Source of the DNA: Octopus vulgaris
Taxonomy: Eukaryota
DNA: 64,000 nt
Assembly: GCA_951406725.2 (NCBI GenBank)
Contig: OX597818.1
Span: 87,606,001 to 87,670,000, forward strand
Direction of reading: 5' to 3'
Positions 13,673-26,790 of the stretch are shown piece by piece (the stretch's first letter is position 1; each line of letters starts with the position of its first letter). The notes below the pieces were generated by a model. That model saw only the letters and a program-made list of their open reading frames with translations. It did no database searches and was not told the DNA's origin. The position numbers and the translations under genes are program-made.

Positions 13673-14615
13673 CATTATGTAACACAATTTTTGTATTTCG
13701 GAAACAAATGTTATTTCCTATTTGGTTAGATCTAGAAAGTATGAATAACTTTGTTTTTGTGGCGAGGATAAAGATATTTCTTAAGTTTAACTAATACCAT
13801 TCTCATTTATTCAAAGTCGAATCAAAACAACATGTAATTCAAAAGTGGCATTTATTTATTCTAGGATTGCAGAAAAATGCCACAAAATATTTAGAAGCGA
13901 GTACTTTTTCGCGATTTACACTTAAACACTATAAATTACTTTCACGAACAAACGACCAAATATAATCTCCCATCATGTTTTCGTTATACGGTCCTTGGTA
14001 CGGCGTTCAAAGTCTATTATATCTTGGTGGAATCGCTCGTCTTGCTCCCCCGAGTACGCTCCCATGTTCTTAAACTTATCAAGATGAACGTTAAGGATGT
14101 GAACTTTCATGGACATTCTGCAGCCCATTTTGCCGTAGTTTTTCATCAGCATCTCAACAAGCTCTACATAGTTTACGGCTTTGTGATTTCCCAGGAACCC
14201 TTAAACCACTGCAACAAAGCTTTTCCACGCTGATTCCTCCGTCTCAGCGAGCTTCTTGAGGAATTCCTTGCACTCTAAGATCTTTTTTATTTGTGGTTCG
14301 ACGAAGACACCGGCTTTCACTTTTGCTTCAGACAGCTTATGGAAAAAAATATCTGAAAGCTGCAGACTCCTGATCTAGAGCTGAAACAAACTGTTTCAAA
14401 AGACCTTATTTTATGTGCATTGGAGGAAACAATACTTTCAGGTGCCTGACAGTGGCTCCCATATGATGTTTTTCTTCCCCACACTGGACTCGGTCCGCTG
14501 TGGCCAATACCGCCTCTGTAGTGCTCTGCGGTCGCCCTGCTGTTCCAAAGGCACAGATAACCTGGGAACTTGGCAAATCCGCCTTGGAGGCCCATTTACC
14601 AGGCTTGAAAATATG
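13673..14615 (-). mobile_element. DNA transposon relic, Chapaev-3/CMC-like transposase C-terminal half
   Basis: Minus-strand translation across frameshifts: GLQGGFAKFPGYLCLWNSRA, KVLFPPMHIK, KLSEAKVKAGVFVEPQIKKIL, FLGNHKAVNYVELVE, MGCRMSMKVHILNVHLDKF..GAYSGEQDERFHQDI. Terminus-like cattatgtaaca at 13673. The superfamily label is from recall of motifs. Confidence 0.75.
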
Positions 14616-15549
14616 TACTGGAGTCAATTTGTTCCAATAAACACTTCAAGGCGGTACCCCAACATGGCCGCTGTGTAATGACTGAAACATGTAAAAGAAT
14701 AAAAGAGTTTTAAAAAAATTATTGCTTATAACATTTAACCAATTTAAGTAGTATAAGATGATTTGGACTCAGGAGATAGCCCCTGGTTTCTGCAAGAATT
14801 TAGCCAAAAACAAGCTTGAACGCGCAGCTGAAGTGTATCATAACAAGCTCTGAGATGTACAGCATTGATATTTGTACATTAAAAAAAAAAAAAAAAACAT
14901 CCTGACTTTACCTGCATTTTTAGTAATAATATACATTTCTTGTGTTTTTCGTATACTTCAATTATAGTATAAAAAGCTATTCTCTCTATTTCTCTGTACG
15001 AACTACAACGCAACGTTTCTATTTCTAACAATCTAAATTTAAGCTAAGCTAACTGGTTTCTGTCACATTGCTCTGTGAAAAACTGAAAATGTATATTTGA
15101 GTACTGGATTTGGAGTAATCTTAATCAATGATCCTTAGCTGTCTTTTTTCTCTTTATACATTTTCTATTATATTGACGTTAAGTGGGTACCTGATATAGC
15201 AAAGCACATGAGTTTGTATGAATGCATGTATGTTTGTATCTAAGCTTGTATTGATACATTTATACATGTATGTGCTTATGCATGTATGTTTGCATGTATA
15301 TATGCTTGCATATACAAATGCATGTATGTATGCATATGCGTAGTTATATATATGTATGTATATATGTATATATACGTGTATGTGTGTATGCTAGAATGTA
15401 TATATGTATGCGTATATGTATGTATATACGTATGTATATATGTATGTGAGTGTGGATGTATGTATGTATGCATGTATGTATGTATGTATGTATGTATGTA
15501 TGTATGTATGTATGTATGTATGTATGTATGTATGTATGTATGTATATAT

Positions 15550-15692
15550 GGTTCCGGGTTCAGTACTACATGTTTCCGTGTTCAGTCCCACTGCGTGACA
15601 CCTTCGGCAAGTGTCTTCTACTATAGCCTCGGGCCGACCAAAGCCTTATTAGTGGATTTGATAGATGGAAACTGAAAAGAACCCCGTCGTAT
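15550..15692 (+). mobile_element. SINE family B, 5' part
   Basis: gttcagtcccactgcgtgacaccttcggcaagtgtcttctactatagcctcgggccgacc...cccgtcgtatata. Confidence 0.85.
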
Positions 15693-16494
15693 ATATATTA
15701 GGCCACGCGCCTTAATGGAATTCATATATATGAATTAAATAATTCTAAATAACCACGCTGTTAACTGCTTCTTTTACATTCAACCGCAAAATTATCAGTT
15801 CAGGATCGCGAATAAGCTACAATCAGATCATAGAATTTCACGGAGACAACCTAAAAATCAGCCAATCAGCTTGTAGCTATGTCACAAAACAGCATAGCGA
15901 ATGTTCTTGAGATTCATGCCCTGTTTTCCCTAGTCAGGCAGTTTGGCGCCTAAATCACATAAGAGAAATACTAGTATTTAAGCATGACACAACGAAGGAA
16001 AGAAAACCATAACAATTTGTAGCGGACTCTTCTGGCTTTCACTTTTCAGATAGCAAATGGCCGAGGAAATACAGATAAACCACGTCTTACATACTACTCT
16101 TGTAACCAGTGACAATTTGATAATTTAATATATATGTACATGCATAATTTTCTATTAATAAAATCTGTTTTTAAACATTTGCGAGTATGCGTGTGTCGGA
16201 ATATACGCAGCCAACCTGATCTTATATTCAATCAATAACGATACAACATCCATATTTCTCACAAATCGACCCCACAAAAATGATGACCCAGTGAAGAAAA
16301 AAAAAAAAACTACAACAACCACCTCGACAGCATCACACTAGGAGGTGACTTTCCTTGTACCATAAATATATTCCGATGAATATACAAAGATATACGAAGG
16401 TATAAATCTTTATAATCAGGCTTAAACACTGCGAGCGCAGTATATTCTATTTCAGAATATTTTGTCCTCCACTAGTCCTTTACAACGCGCCCTT

Positions 16495-16547
<53 letters not shown>

Positions 16548-16601
16548 TTGCTGCTGCTGCCGCAGCGAGCTGGCATTAGTACGTATGTGTGTGTGTAAGT
16601 A

Positions 16602-16706
<105 letters not shown>

Positions 16707-16727
16707 TATACATACATACACATGTAC

Positions 16728-16979
16728 ATGTTGAACGATGAAAATGAGTGCTCAGCACTACATTGGTGGATAGAATTTCTTTATTTGTGAATTAATGATA
16801 CCGTTGGTTTCATGATAAGGGAAATAGGAAAATATCTCAATATCTTAACAATTTTTCAAGCCGATCATATGGAGGAATAGTGTTCGTCTCCATTTTGGAT
16901 AAACACAAAGTCTCGTTGAATTCGCGAAGATTCTCGTGATGAAAACAATGAACCAAGGGGCGCTACATCTTTTGAGTGG

Positions 16980-16980
<1 letters not shown>
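16728..16980 (-). repeat. Unclassified dispersed repeat with LTR-like 3' end; second copy at 23787-23895
   Basis: Both copies start tgttgaacgatgaaaatgagtgctca on the + strand. The minus strand has aataaa/agtaaa and ends ...ttcaaca. Both lie next to TA/CA microsatellites. Confidence 0.6.
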
Positions 16981-17032
<52 letters not shown>

Positions 17033-17439
17033 ATGACTCTTCACTTGAACGTCCGTGAAAGTACCTTGTGTTATTTGCTCCCATTCTTTTCAGGTGCATG
17101 AAATGAATACAGCTGTAATTGGTTACAATTTCACAGTCTGTACTCCAGCATGGCCACAATTGCACAACTAGAACGTGTGCTTGGTTAAATAAGCTCCTCA
17201 AAATCTCATTAATAAACTGAAGGTTGAATCGTTCGTATTTCTATTACGGAATGTCTGGTATTTAATATCCAAATGCAAACAGTATATATTTTTGTCTCCA
17301 AGTTAAAAAATAAAAATACGTAAAGTGAAGTTCTCGTTTTCAAATGTGTTCCTCATTAACGTGAGTTCTCCCAAATCTAAAACTCTCCCTTCAGCAACGT
17401 GCTTGAGCAAAATCTCATATAATGTTTTTCCTTTTTATA

Positions 17440-18200
17440 ACCTAAAAGCCGCCCCTATCTTCCCCACACTGCCTCTCCTGTCTTTTTAAAAAGATAGGAG
17501 TCTCCTTGTTAGAAGCTTCACAGCTTCCAGCTCCGCGCAACCAGGAACCTTTAATTGTTCTCTCCGACGATGTAACACATGCCCCTACATCAACAATATT
17601 ACCACTATCACGGGGCCCAAGAAGCGATATCACATAACACACCACTTCTGTTGCACTTCGGCGAATCTCATATATTGTATTATATGCAAACTCTGGAGAA
17701 ACAGGGCGACGACTTGGGGGATAGCTTTCGCTAACACATCAGAAGCATAAAGCTACGTATACCAGGCCAACCTGTCGCCAACCACTTCTACACTGTGAAT
17801 CATTCTATTGCAGATCTATGGCCTTGCATTACGGACCCCGCTTCTTTGGGAAACGAAAAGAGCAATGTCTAATATTTGATCTTGGCACTATGTCCCCAAC
17901 AGGTATGAATGAACGTTTTTCCTTTAATCATTTCACCTCCTCTTAATTCTTCTTTACCATTTACAATCCTCCAGCCACCCTCTCTCTGCAATGTTCCCGT
18001 ATTTACTTACCTCTACTCTCTCCATCACCCTTTTCCTCTTCCTTTCTTCATGCCCTCTCTTATAGCTTCTGTTTCACGTTAGCAGCCCGTGTTATTCGGT
18101 TTGTCTCTCTTCAACTTCTCTTTTTCTCTACAGCCTGGTGAGGGATAGAATCCGAAACGTTGGATATTCTACTCCTCACAGGAAGATCACTGTACCTCCT
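17440..18200 (+). mobile_element. Penelope-like element relic (Cys linker + GIY-YIG endonuclease + 3' region)
   Basis: QPGTFNCSLRRCNTCPYINNITTITGPKKRYHITHHFCCTSANLIYCIICK..GETGRRLG..PVANHF..EQCLIFDLGTMSPTGMNE. Degenerate hammerhead-like ctggtgagggatagaatccgaaacgtt at 18135-18161. Confidence 0.88.
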
Positions 18201-18301
18201 TTCATATATATATATATATATATATATGATCCGTCTACCTACCTACCTACCTACCTAATTACTTAATTACTTACCACATTATATATTTATCTACCTACCT
18301 A

Positions 18302-18350
<49 letters not shown>

Positions 18351-18353
<3 letters not shown>

Positions 18354-18531
18354 GCAGGAGGTGGTGACGATCCCTGCCGTACTCTTTCGCCACAACTTCC
18401 TCTCACTCTTTCTTCTGTTGGCCTGCTCGCTTAGCCAGTGGGATGGCGACATTTGAAGGCTAAAACAACGCGAAACGCATTGTGACCAGCGATGTGTAGC
18501 AATATCTGATAGCCTGGTCGGTCACGGTGAT
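18351..18531 (+). mobile_element. SINE fragment sharing its middle with the SINE at 50091-50387 but with a different tail
   Basis: ccggcag.aggt..tg.cga...ctg..g.actctttcgccacaacttcctctcactcttt is shared; downstream sequence differs. Confidence 0.7.
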
Positions 18532-18569
18532 GTATATATACACATACGTTTACATATATATATACATAC

Positions 18570-18624
<55 letters not shown>

Positions 18625-18758
18625 TTTATATGTATATATATAAATGTATATGTGTACGTATATATGTATGTTTATGTATACATGCGTATGTATAAATAAT
18701 AATACATACACACACATAGACACACACACATACATATACATTTATGCATTCATGTATA

Positions 18759-18797
<39 letters not shown>

Positions 18798-18826
18798 TTA
18801 TTTATATATATAAATATATACATATA

Positions 18827-18894
<68 letters not shown>

Positions 18895-19560
18895 CATGCA
18901 TACATACATATACAAACAAACGCATATTCATACAGAAATGTGAATGTATATGTATGTGCATACACACATATGCATATGCATGTGTATATATGTACATGTA
19001 TGTATATGTATGCATGCATGCATCTATTGAGAAGTATATGTATACAGGTGTGTAGACATATAGATGGTTGATGCGTGCATGTTAAAATCTATTAGGAAGA
19101 ATGAGATGTGAATGAAATACGAGGAAACCATTTGCCCGATTCACTAGTTTGTATTCTTTAAAGTGAAACCATTAATTCTCATTTAAACTGAAACTCAAGT
19201 TGGTAAGCTAAGCTTAGCTACGTACATCGTGCTGTGTTAGTTGCAACGAATCTGCCGCCAGTCATCGTTTTCTTATCAAGGAAGAGGTGGAGTAGGTCAT
19301 ATTGATGTCTTGATGATGCTGATGGTGGCGTGGCTTGATAGAAGGGATGTGCATGCGTGTGCCCATGTGTGAGTGTGTGTCTACGAGACAGAGTGAGAGT
19401 TCACGAGGGGAGTGGATTGGCGTGTAAAGATGTAGCTCCAGTAGGTGTTATTTAAAACCAAGCTCATGATGTCCTGTGTATCAGATTGGCAACCGACGCA
19501 GCAATCCATCTCTCTGCTGTACTGTACTCTCTACAATCATACATACATACATACATACAT

Positions 19561-19685
<125 letters not shown>

Positions 19686-19689
19686 AATA

Positions 19690-19726
<37 letters not shown>

Positions 19727-20856
19727 GTATGCATGTATGCATGTATATATGTATGCACTTACGCGCACGAATGTGTTTATATGTATGTACGTATTTGTAC
19801 GTATCTATATGTAGGTGTGTATATGAATTTATTATATATATATATATATATATATATAAATATATACACACACACATACATATATATATATATATTTATA
19901 TATACAGAGAGAGAGAGAGAGAGAGAGAAAGAGAAAGAGAGACATATAGATATATAGATAGATATATGTATGTATGTATATGTAGATGTATTCGTATGTG
20001 TGTAGAAGTCTGTATACGTATGTATATGTATTTACTTATGTATGCGTACATATATATATACATATATATATATACATATATATATGTACACACACACAAA
20101 CATATCTATATCTACCTATCTATATATATATACGTATATATATATATATATCTGTGTGTGTGTGTATGTGTGTAACCGTGTGTGTGTGTGTGCATTTATT
20201 TATTTATGTACATGAGGGTTTGCCTTAGAGTGCTGCAATATAATATATACTAGTGATGTATCTTCGGAGGGTGTTATTTAAAACCGTGGTGACGTCCTAT
20301 GTATCAGAGGGGCAACATAGCAATCCATCTCTGCTGCACTCGACACAGACATTCGTAAGTGAGATTCGGTGTCTGTAAATATAGGACTCTAAGTATGTAT
20401 GTATGTATGTATGTATGTATGTATGTATGTATGTATGTATGTATGTATGTATGTATGTATGTATGTATGACGTGCTTGATTGCGTGTGTGTGTGGGCATA
20501 TTTTTGATTATATTGCGTGTACATATATATATATACATGTATATATACATGCAATTTTATATGCCTGTATGTACATATGTATGTATACATACGTATCTAT
20601 ATATGTATATATATATATGCGTGTATATATATATATATATATAAATGAAAAATGCTTTAAATACTACAACACGTACACGTAGGACAGATACAGAAGGAGC
20701 CTAACTTTTCATTAGTTATCGACTAAAATACTTATACTGAGTTTCATATATATATATATATATACATACATAACATACATATATATATATATATATACAT
20801 ACATATGCATACTTATACACCCATATCTGTCTGTCTGTCTATCTATCTCTATATAT

Positions 20857-21181
20857 ACTCTTTTACTCTTTTATTTGTTTCAGTCATTTGACTGTGGCCA
20901 TGCTGGAGCACCGCCTTTTAGTCGAGCAAATCGACTCCATGACTTATTCTTTGCAAGCCTAGTACTTATTCTATCGGTCTTTTTTTTTGCCGAACCGCTA
21001 AGTTACGGGGACGTAAACACACCAGCATCGGTTGTCAAGCGATGTTGGGGGGACAAACACAGACACACAAACATATACACACACATACATATATATATAT
21101 ATACATATATACGACGGGCTTCTTTCATTTTCCGTCTACCAAATCCACTCACAAGGCTTTGGACGGCCCGAGGCTATAGTA
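20857..21181 (-). mobile_element. SINE family B, 5'-truncated (further piece at ~21440-21610)
   Basis: Reverse complement of the 49476 copy, including the internal TA/TG microsatellite. Confidence 0.88.
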
Positions 21182-21725
21182 TGTATGTATGTATCTATCT
21201 ATCCGTCTATACACACCTATACACACACACACGCACACGCACACACAGACACAGATAGACACAGACACACACACACACAATGATACTACAATATCTCTGT
21301 ATATGTTTGTCTGTCCATCTCTATGCATTTACTTATCTGTCTATGCTTGCGTATATCACTCTATACGTATTTGCATAGTGTATATACGTTTGCTTGTTCA
21401 AATATATTTCGTTATTATTTTAGGAAAGGCGGCTAGGCTGGAGCACCGCAATCACGGTTTTCGTTGAGACGAATCGATTCCAGGGATTCTTTTAATTCTG
21501 GTGCTTATTCTTTCTTTGTTTTTTTTTTGTTTTTGTTTTTTTGCTGAACCGCCATGTTTTGGGCACGTAAACAAATGAATGTCGATTGTCAAGCAGTGCG
21601 GTGACAAACGCAACCACACACACGCGCGCGCATGCATGCTTTACATATATATATGTGTGTGTGTTGTATGTGCGTGTGTGTGCGTGCGTGTGTATGTATA
21701 AATAAATGTATGTGTGTGTTAGTGC

Positions 21726-21757
<32 letters not shown>

Positions 21758-22010
21758 TCTTTTTGCTGATACACAGTCGTCTGCCGTACTAGAAATATCA
21801 CCCGTGTCTCCCTCATCTCATACTCTATCATCTTAAAAAAGGAAAGACACTTTCGATAAGGAGGTCAAAGGAAGGCTTCACCTAACAATAATATTGAATG
21901 GTTACGGCTAGAGCGCGTTTGATTATGTTTCTATTCGAATATGGTTACCCTGTGGCAAAGCAGCACCTAAAAGATTTCCTTTCTGTTTCCTTCAAAGCGC
22001 ATCAACAATA

Positions 22011-22191
22011 TACCGTCTTTGACGGCATAAAAGACGCACAGACGTATTAGACGCATCCCAATTGCAGCAGTGCTTATTCAGGAATAAAGTATTTAGTATC
22101 TTGTCAAAGCTCCGTCTATAGCATCAATGGGTGATTTCTTCAGACATATTTTTGGGGAAAAGGTGCATCTTATATGTCGTTAAAAACGGTA
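22011..22191. mobile_element. pogo/Tigger-type MITE
   Basis: TIRs taccgtctttgacggcataaaagacgcac / gtgcatcttatatgtcgttaaaaacggta with TA ends. Confidence 0.75.
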
Positions 22192-22245
22192 TTTCTGTTG
22201 CTATAGAAGTAAAGTTATTTTAGAAGTAATTCTATCACGAGGAAA

Positions 22246-22283
22246 TTTCGGACGTTTCGGACAGAGGACCTTCTTCAGCGAAG
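22246..22283 (-). ncRNA. Minimal type I hammerhead ribozyme motif
   Basis: Minus strand: uucg CUGAAGA a gg-uccucugu-cc GAAA cg UC cgaa. Core intact, stem I uucg/cgaa. Confidence 0.7.
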
Positions 22284-22446
22284 ATGAAAATCTTGCACCC
22301 TTTTCAAATTGAAGAAGAGACGTTACTTTATGTTCTATTCTGTAAAGGTCTAATTTTTTCTTCCATTCCCTAAAAAAAATTACTGCTCGAAATGTCTCGA
22401 ATTTCGCTCTCAGTCTAATATGGTATCTTTTATCGTTAACTTGCTT

Positions 22447-22697
22447 CAGTCACTGGTCTGCGATAATGCCGGAGCATCGGCTTGACGGGTGTAGTCGAAC
22501 AAATCGATCCTGGGATTTTTTTTTTAAAGTCAGGCATTTATTAAGGCTGTTGATTTTGCCGAACCGGTAAGTTAGAGGATGTAAGCACACCGGTTGCCAA
22601 GCAGTGGTGAGAGGACACACACACACACACACACGTGCGCAGAAATATATACATGCATATATATATATATGAATATACATATATAAAGAAACCCGTC

Positions 22698-22752
<55 letters not shown>

Positions 22753-22804
22753 AAGAAGCCCGTCGTATATATAAATATATATAAATATATATAAATATAT
22801 ATAA

Positions 22805-22861
<57 letters not shown>

Positions 22862-23084
22862 TATTTATAGACACACATATATAAAGAAACCTATCGTATA
22901 TATACATATATATATACATATATATATATATGTGTGCGTGTATATATATATATATATATATATAAAGAACCCCATCATATATATATATATATATATATAG
23001 AAAGATAGATAGATAGATAGATAGATATGTAGGTAGGTAGGTAGATAGATAGATAGATAAACTTGGTATAAAGAAGACCGCTGA

Positions 23085-23132
<48 letters not shown>

Positions 23133-23262
23133 GACGGGCTTGTTCTTGTTTCCGTCTACCAAATTGGCTTACAAGGCTTTTGTCTGAGACTGTAGTAGAA
23201 AACATTTGCCCAAGATACCACGGAACCATGTGGTTGAAAAGCAAACTTGTTATCATACATCC
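22447..23262 (-). mobile_element. SINE family B split by an expanded microsatellite
   Basis: 3' half at 22447-22620 and 5' half at 23132-23262, separated by TA-rich repeats. Confidence 0.75.
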
Positions 23263-23622
23263 ATAAATATAAATTTCACCAAAGTCAACCTCACACCTAT
23301 CTCATAGACCATTTCTCTGCTTTTAAATTTGAAAGTGCTAATTCTGAAACAAGCCAGGAAATTACATATAATCCTTGTTTCCATTATGTTAAGAAGTTTG
23401 TATGATGAATTTGTTCTTGGAGCGTTTGATAGTCAGTCACTAGAACCTTTCTACTTAAATATCTTTTACCTATTCATCACCTAAGTAAAGTGAGACGACT
23501 ATACGCCTTCTACAGTAGAACATAATTTAGCGACCCAAGATATATATGTATGTGTTTTTATGTATGCACGTACTTATGTATCTATGTATGTTTGTAATCG
23601 TATGCGTATATATATATATACA

Positions 23623-23660
<38 letters not shown>

Positions 23661-23694
23661 CGTATATATATAAAAACACATATTACATGTATGC

Positions 23695-23755
<61 letters not shown>

Positions 23756-23897
23756 CACACACACAAACTCATACATATATACGTAAATGTTGAACGATGA
23801 AAATGAGTGCTCAACGCCGCATTGGTGAATATAATTTCTTTACTTGTAAATTAAGTTTACCATTGTTTTCATGTCAAGAAGAGGAAACACAGTCTCC

Positions 23898-23954
<57 letters not shown>

Positions 23955-23959
23955 GCATA

Positions 23960-25219
23960 CGAGGGGCGTTCAATAAGTAATGCCCCTGACCCACTTCCCA
24001 TAGCAGTAGAGCAACGAAACTTCGCAGAGTTATTAGTCTTTTTCTACATAGGAACCACCCAGAGTTACGCATTTCTCCCATCGTTTGATGCATCTCTGAA
24101 GACCGTTTTTGTAGAAGACCCCAGCTTGGTCTTCCAACCACGACGTGACTTCAGAAATCAAGGCTGCATCATCTGGGAAACGCTTTCCTTTCAAAAACAA
24201 CTTCATGGCTGGGAAGATGTGAAAATCAGAGGGTGCAGGTCAGGAGATGGGGGATGAGTTCATACCCGCACGCCTGTGCTTCTGATCTGGCGACACGAGA
24301 GTTGTGGATCGGAGCGTTGTCCTGCAGGAGGAGGATGCCTTTGCTGATCTTGTCCCGCCTCTTGATTTTGATAGCTTCTCTTAATTTCCTCAAAAGTGAA
24401 GCATAATAGACTCCTGTAATTGTGGCACCCTTTGCCAAGAAATCTGTCATCACTACTCCGTCCTGGTCCCAGAAGACTGTGAGCATGACCTTGCCAGCGG
24501 AGGGCTGCACCCTTGCCTTCTTTGGAGGAGGTGAGTCACGGTGCTTCCACTGCATTGACTGGGCTTTGGTCTCTGGATCATCGTGATGGACCCCGGTTTC
24601 ATCCTGTGTAATCAGTCTTTTGAAAAAATTTGACTTATCTTCTTGGCACATCTTCAAATTCATCCTCGCGCTATCGACGCGTTCTTGCTTCTGGAAAGGT
24701 GTGAGCAGCCTGGGAATCCATCTGGCAGACACCTTTTGCATATGCAAATGGTCATGAATGATAGTTTCCACAGACCCGGTACTAATCTTGACCTCATGGG
24801 CTATTTGGCGAATAGTTATGCGTCGATCTTCCAAAATGGCAGCCTCAACTTGACGGACAGAAGGGGGCGACCAGATCTGGGAGCTGTTTCCACAAAGTTC
24901 CGACCATGTTTGAATTCACGATGCCAGCGTTTTACAAGGTCATATGATGGGGCATCATCACCATAAGTTACTTTTATTTCATCAAAAGTCTCCCGTGGTG
25001 TGCGTCCTTTCAAATACAAAAACCGCATCACTGCTCGACACTCAACAGGCTCCGTTTCACACTTGACTCAGTTCAAACACCTGTAAATCAGAAACCACAA
25101 TTAGTTCAGAGTAATTTGCCACTTACTCTATAGAGATATAAATGATTGCACATGAAAAAATTCAGCTAGATCAAACAACTGCAAGTGGGTCAGAGGCATT
25201 ACTTATTGAATGCCCCTCG
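23960..25219 (-). mobile_element. Full-length mariner (DD34D) copy with defective transposase
   Basis: TIRs cgaggggcgttcaataagtaatgcccctgacccactt at both ends with TA TSD. Motifs WIPRLL, ITQDETG, GKVMLTVFWD and LQDNAP. Frameshift and small deletions. Confidence 0.96.
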
Positions 25220-25270
25220 TACATATATGTATTTATACTTTATTTAAAAGCAGCAGAAATTCAACAAAAC

Positions 25271-25308
25271 CTGTTACTCGGAGTTTCACGTTCCCGTTCG
25301 TCGGACAG
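25271..25308 (-). ncRNA. Minimal hammerhead ribozyme-like motif (U4C core variant)
   Basis: Minus strand: cugu CCGACGA acg-ggaa-cgu GAAA cuc-c-gag UA acag. Stems I, II and III all pair. Confidence 0.65.
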
Positions 25309-25333
25309 TTTTTTTTGCACGTATGTAAGTATG

Positions 25334-25395
<62 letters not shown>

Positions 25396-25489
25396 AAGAA
25401 GTGATTTTCTAAGACATCTCGACGATTCTAAAGCAAACTTCGTTTGTTTGTTTACGTTCATCATAATTTGAATTTAATATATATGTATG

Positions 25490-25553
<64 letters not shown>

Positions 25554-25867
25554 CCCTCATAAATGACAGAGAAATAGTTTGATGAAAGTTTCTTAAATAG
25601 TAAGAAACTTCTGATAGCACAACATTTTGTTTCGTAACTTAGAAACGTAATTATTTTATATTATTATATTTAATAACAAATAAATTACTTATGTCTACAT
25701 TAAAGGAAAGCACGAAGTCCTGCAAAGTAATGCAGAATTTAAGCCACGTCCTCAGGTGAAAGAGAGTCTGTGTATCCTACTATACATTCCATATGTTTTG
25801 TAGAATGATGCATTAAGGAGTCTTTTCTTTGTGAGTACTACCAGATTACCAGAATCCATATATTGTG

Positions 25868-25926
<59 letters not shown>

Positions 25927-25931
<5 letters not shown>

Positions 25932-26154
25932 CTTTACTACCCACAAGGGGCTAAACACAGAGGGGACAAACAAGGACAGACAAAGGGATTAAGTCGACTA
26001 CATCGACCCCAGTGCGTAACTGGTACTTAATTTATCGACCCCGAAAGGATGAAAGGCAAAGTCGACCTCGGCGGAATTTGAACTCGGAACGTAACGACAG
26101 ACGAAATACGGCTACGAATTTCGCCCGGCGTGCTAACGTTTCTACCAGCTCGCC
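25927..26154 (-). mobile_element. SINE family A monomer (long tail)
   Basis: Near-complete head, body and tail, embedded in (TA)n. Confidence 0.92.
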
Positions 26155-26185
<31 letters not shown>

Positions 26186-26208
26186 GTGTGTGCGTGTGTG
26201 TGTGTGTG

Positions 26209-26438
26209 TATTTCTTTATAGCCCACAAGGGGCTAAACATAGAGGGGACAAGCAAGGACAAACAAAGGGGTTAAGTCGATTACATCCAACCCGGTGCGTA
26301 ACTGGTACTTATTTAATCGACTCCGAAAGGATGAATGGCAAAGTCGAACTCAGTGGAATTTGAACCCAGAACATAACGGGAGACGAAATACTGCTAAGCA
26401 TTTCGCCCGGTGTGCTAACGATTCTGCCAGCTCACCTT
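26209..26438 (-). mobile_element. SINE family A monomer (long tail)
   Basis: Second near-complete copy about 55 bp from the previous one. Confidence 0.92.
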
Positions 26439-26466
26439 ATATACACACACACACACACGCACGCGT

Positions 26467-26557
<91 letters not shown>

Positions 26558-26659
26558 TTTATTATTATTTAACTGAACGCCACGCATCCATTTCCAAGTA
26601 AGATTATCTTCATCTTTTTGATGTCACTCTATAATATTTCTTTCCTCCATCCTCGCCTT

Positions 26660-26790
26660 GTCAATGACAGAGAAAGTTGAGCAGAGAGTCTGTATCAAAA
26701 GTTGCCAAAAGCTTGGCGATACCTGATCAGAAGTCCACGCAAAGTCGCAGAAAGTGTATGGAGAGGAGTGTATGAGACATCTATCTACTC
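26660..26790 (+). pseudogene. Mariner transposase N-terminal fragment (third family)
   Basis: Translates MTEKVEQRVCIKSCQKLGDT*SEVHAKSQKVYGEECM, typical of a mariner first HTH. Confidence 0.7.

Noticed and set aside
25927-26438. tRNA genes suggested by A/B boxes
   Set aside because: These are SINE heads continuing into SINE bodies; no cloverleaf with an acceptor stem.
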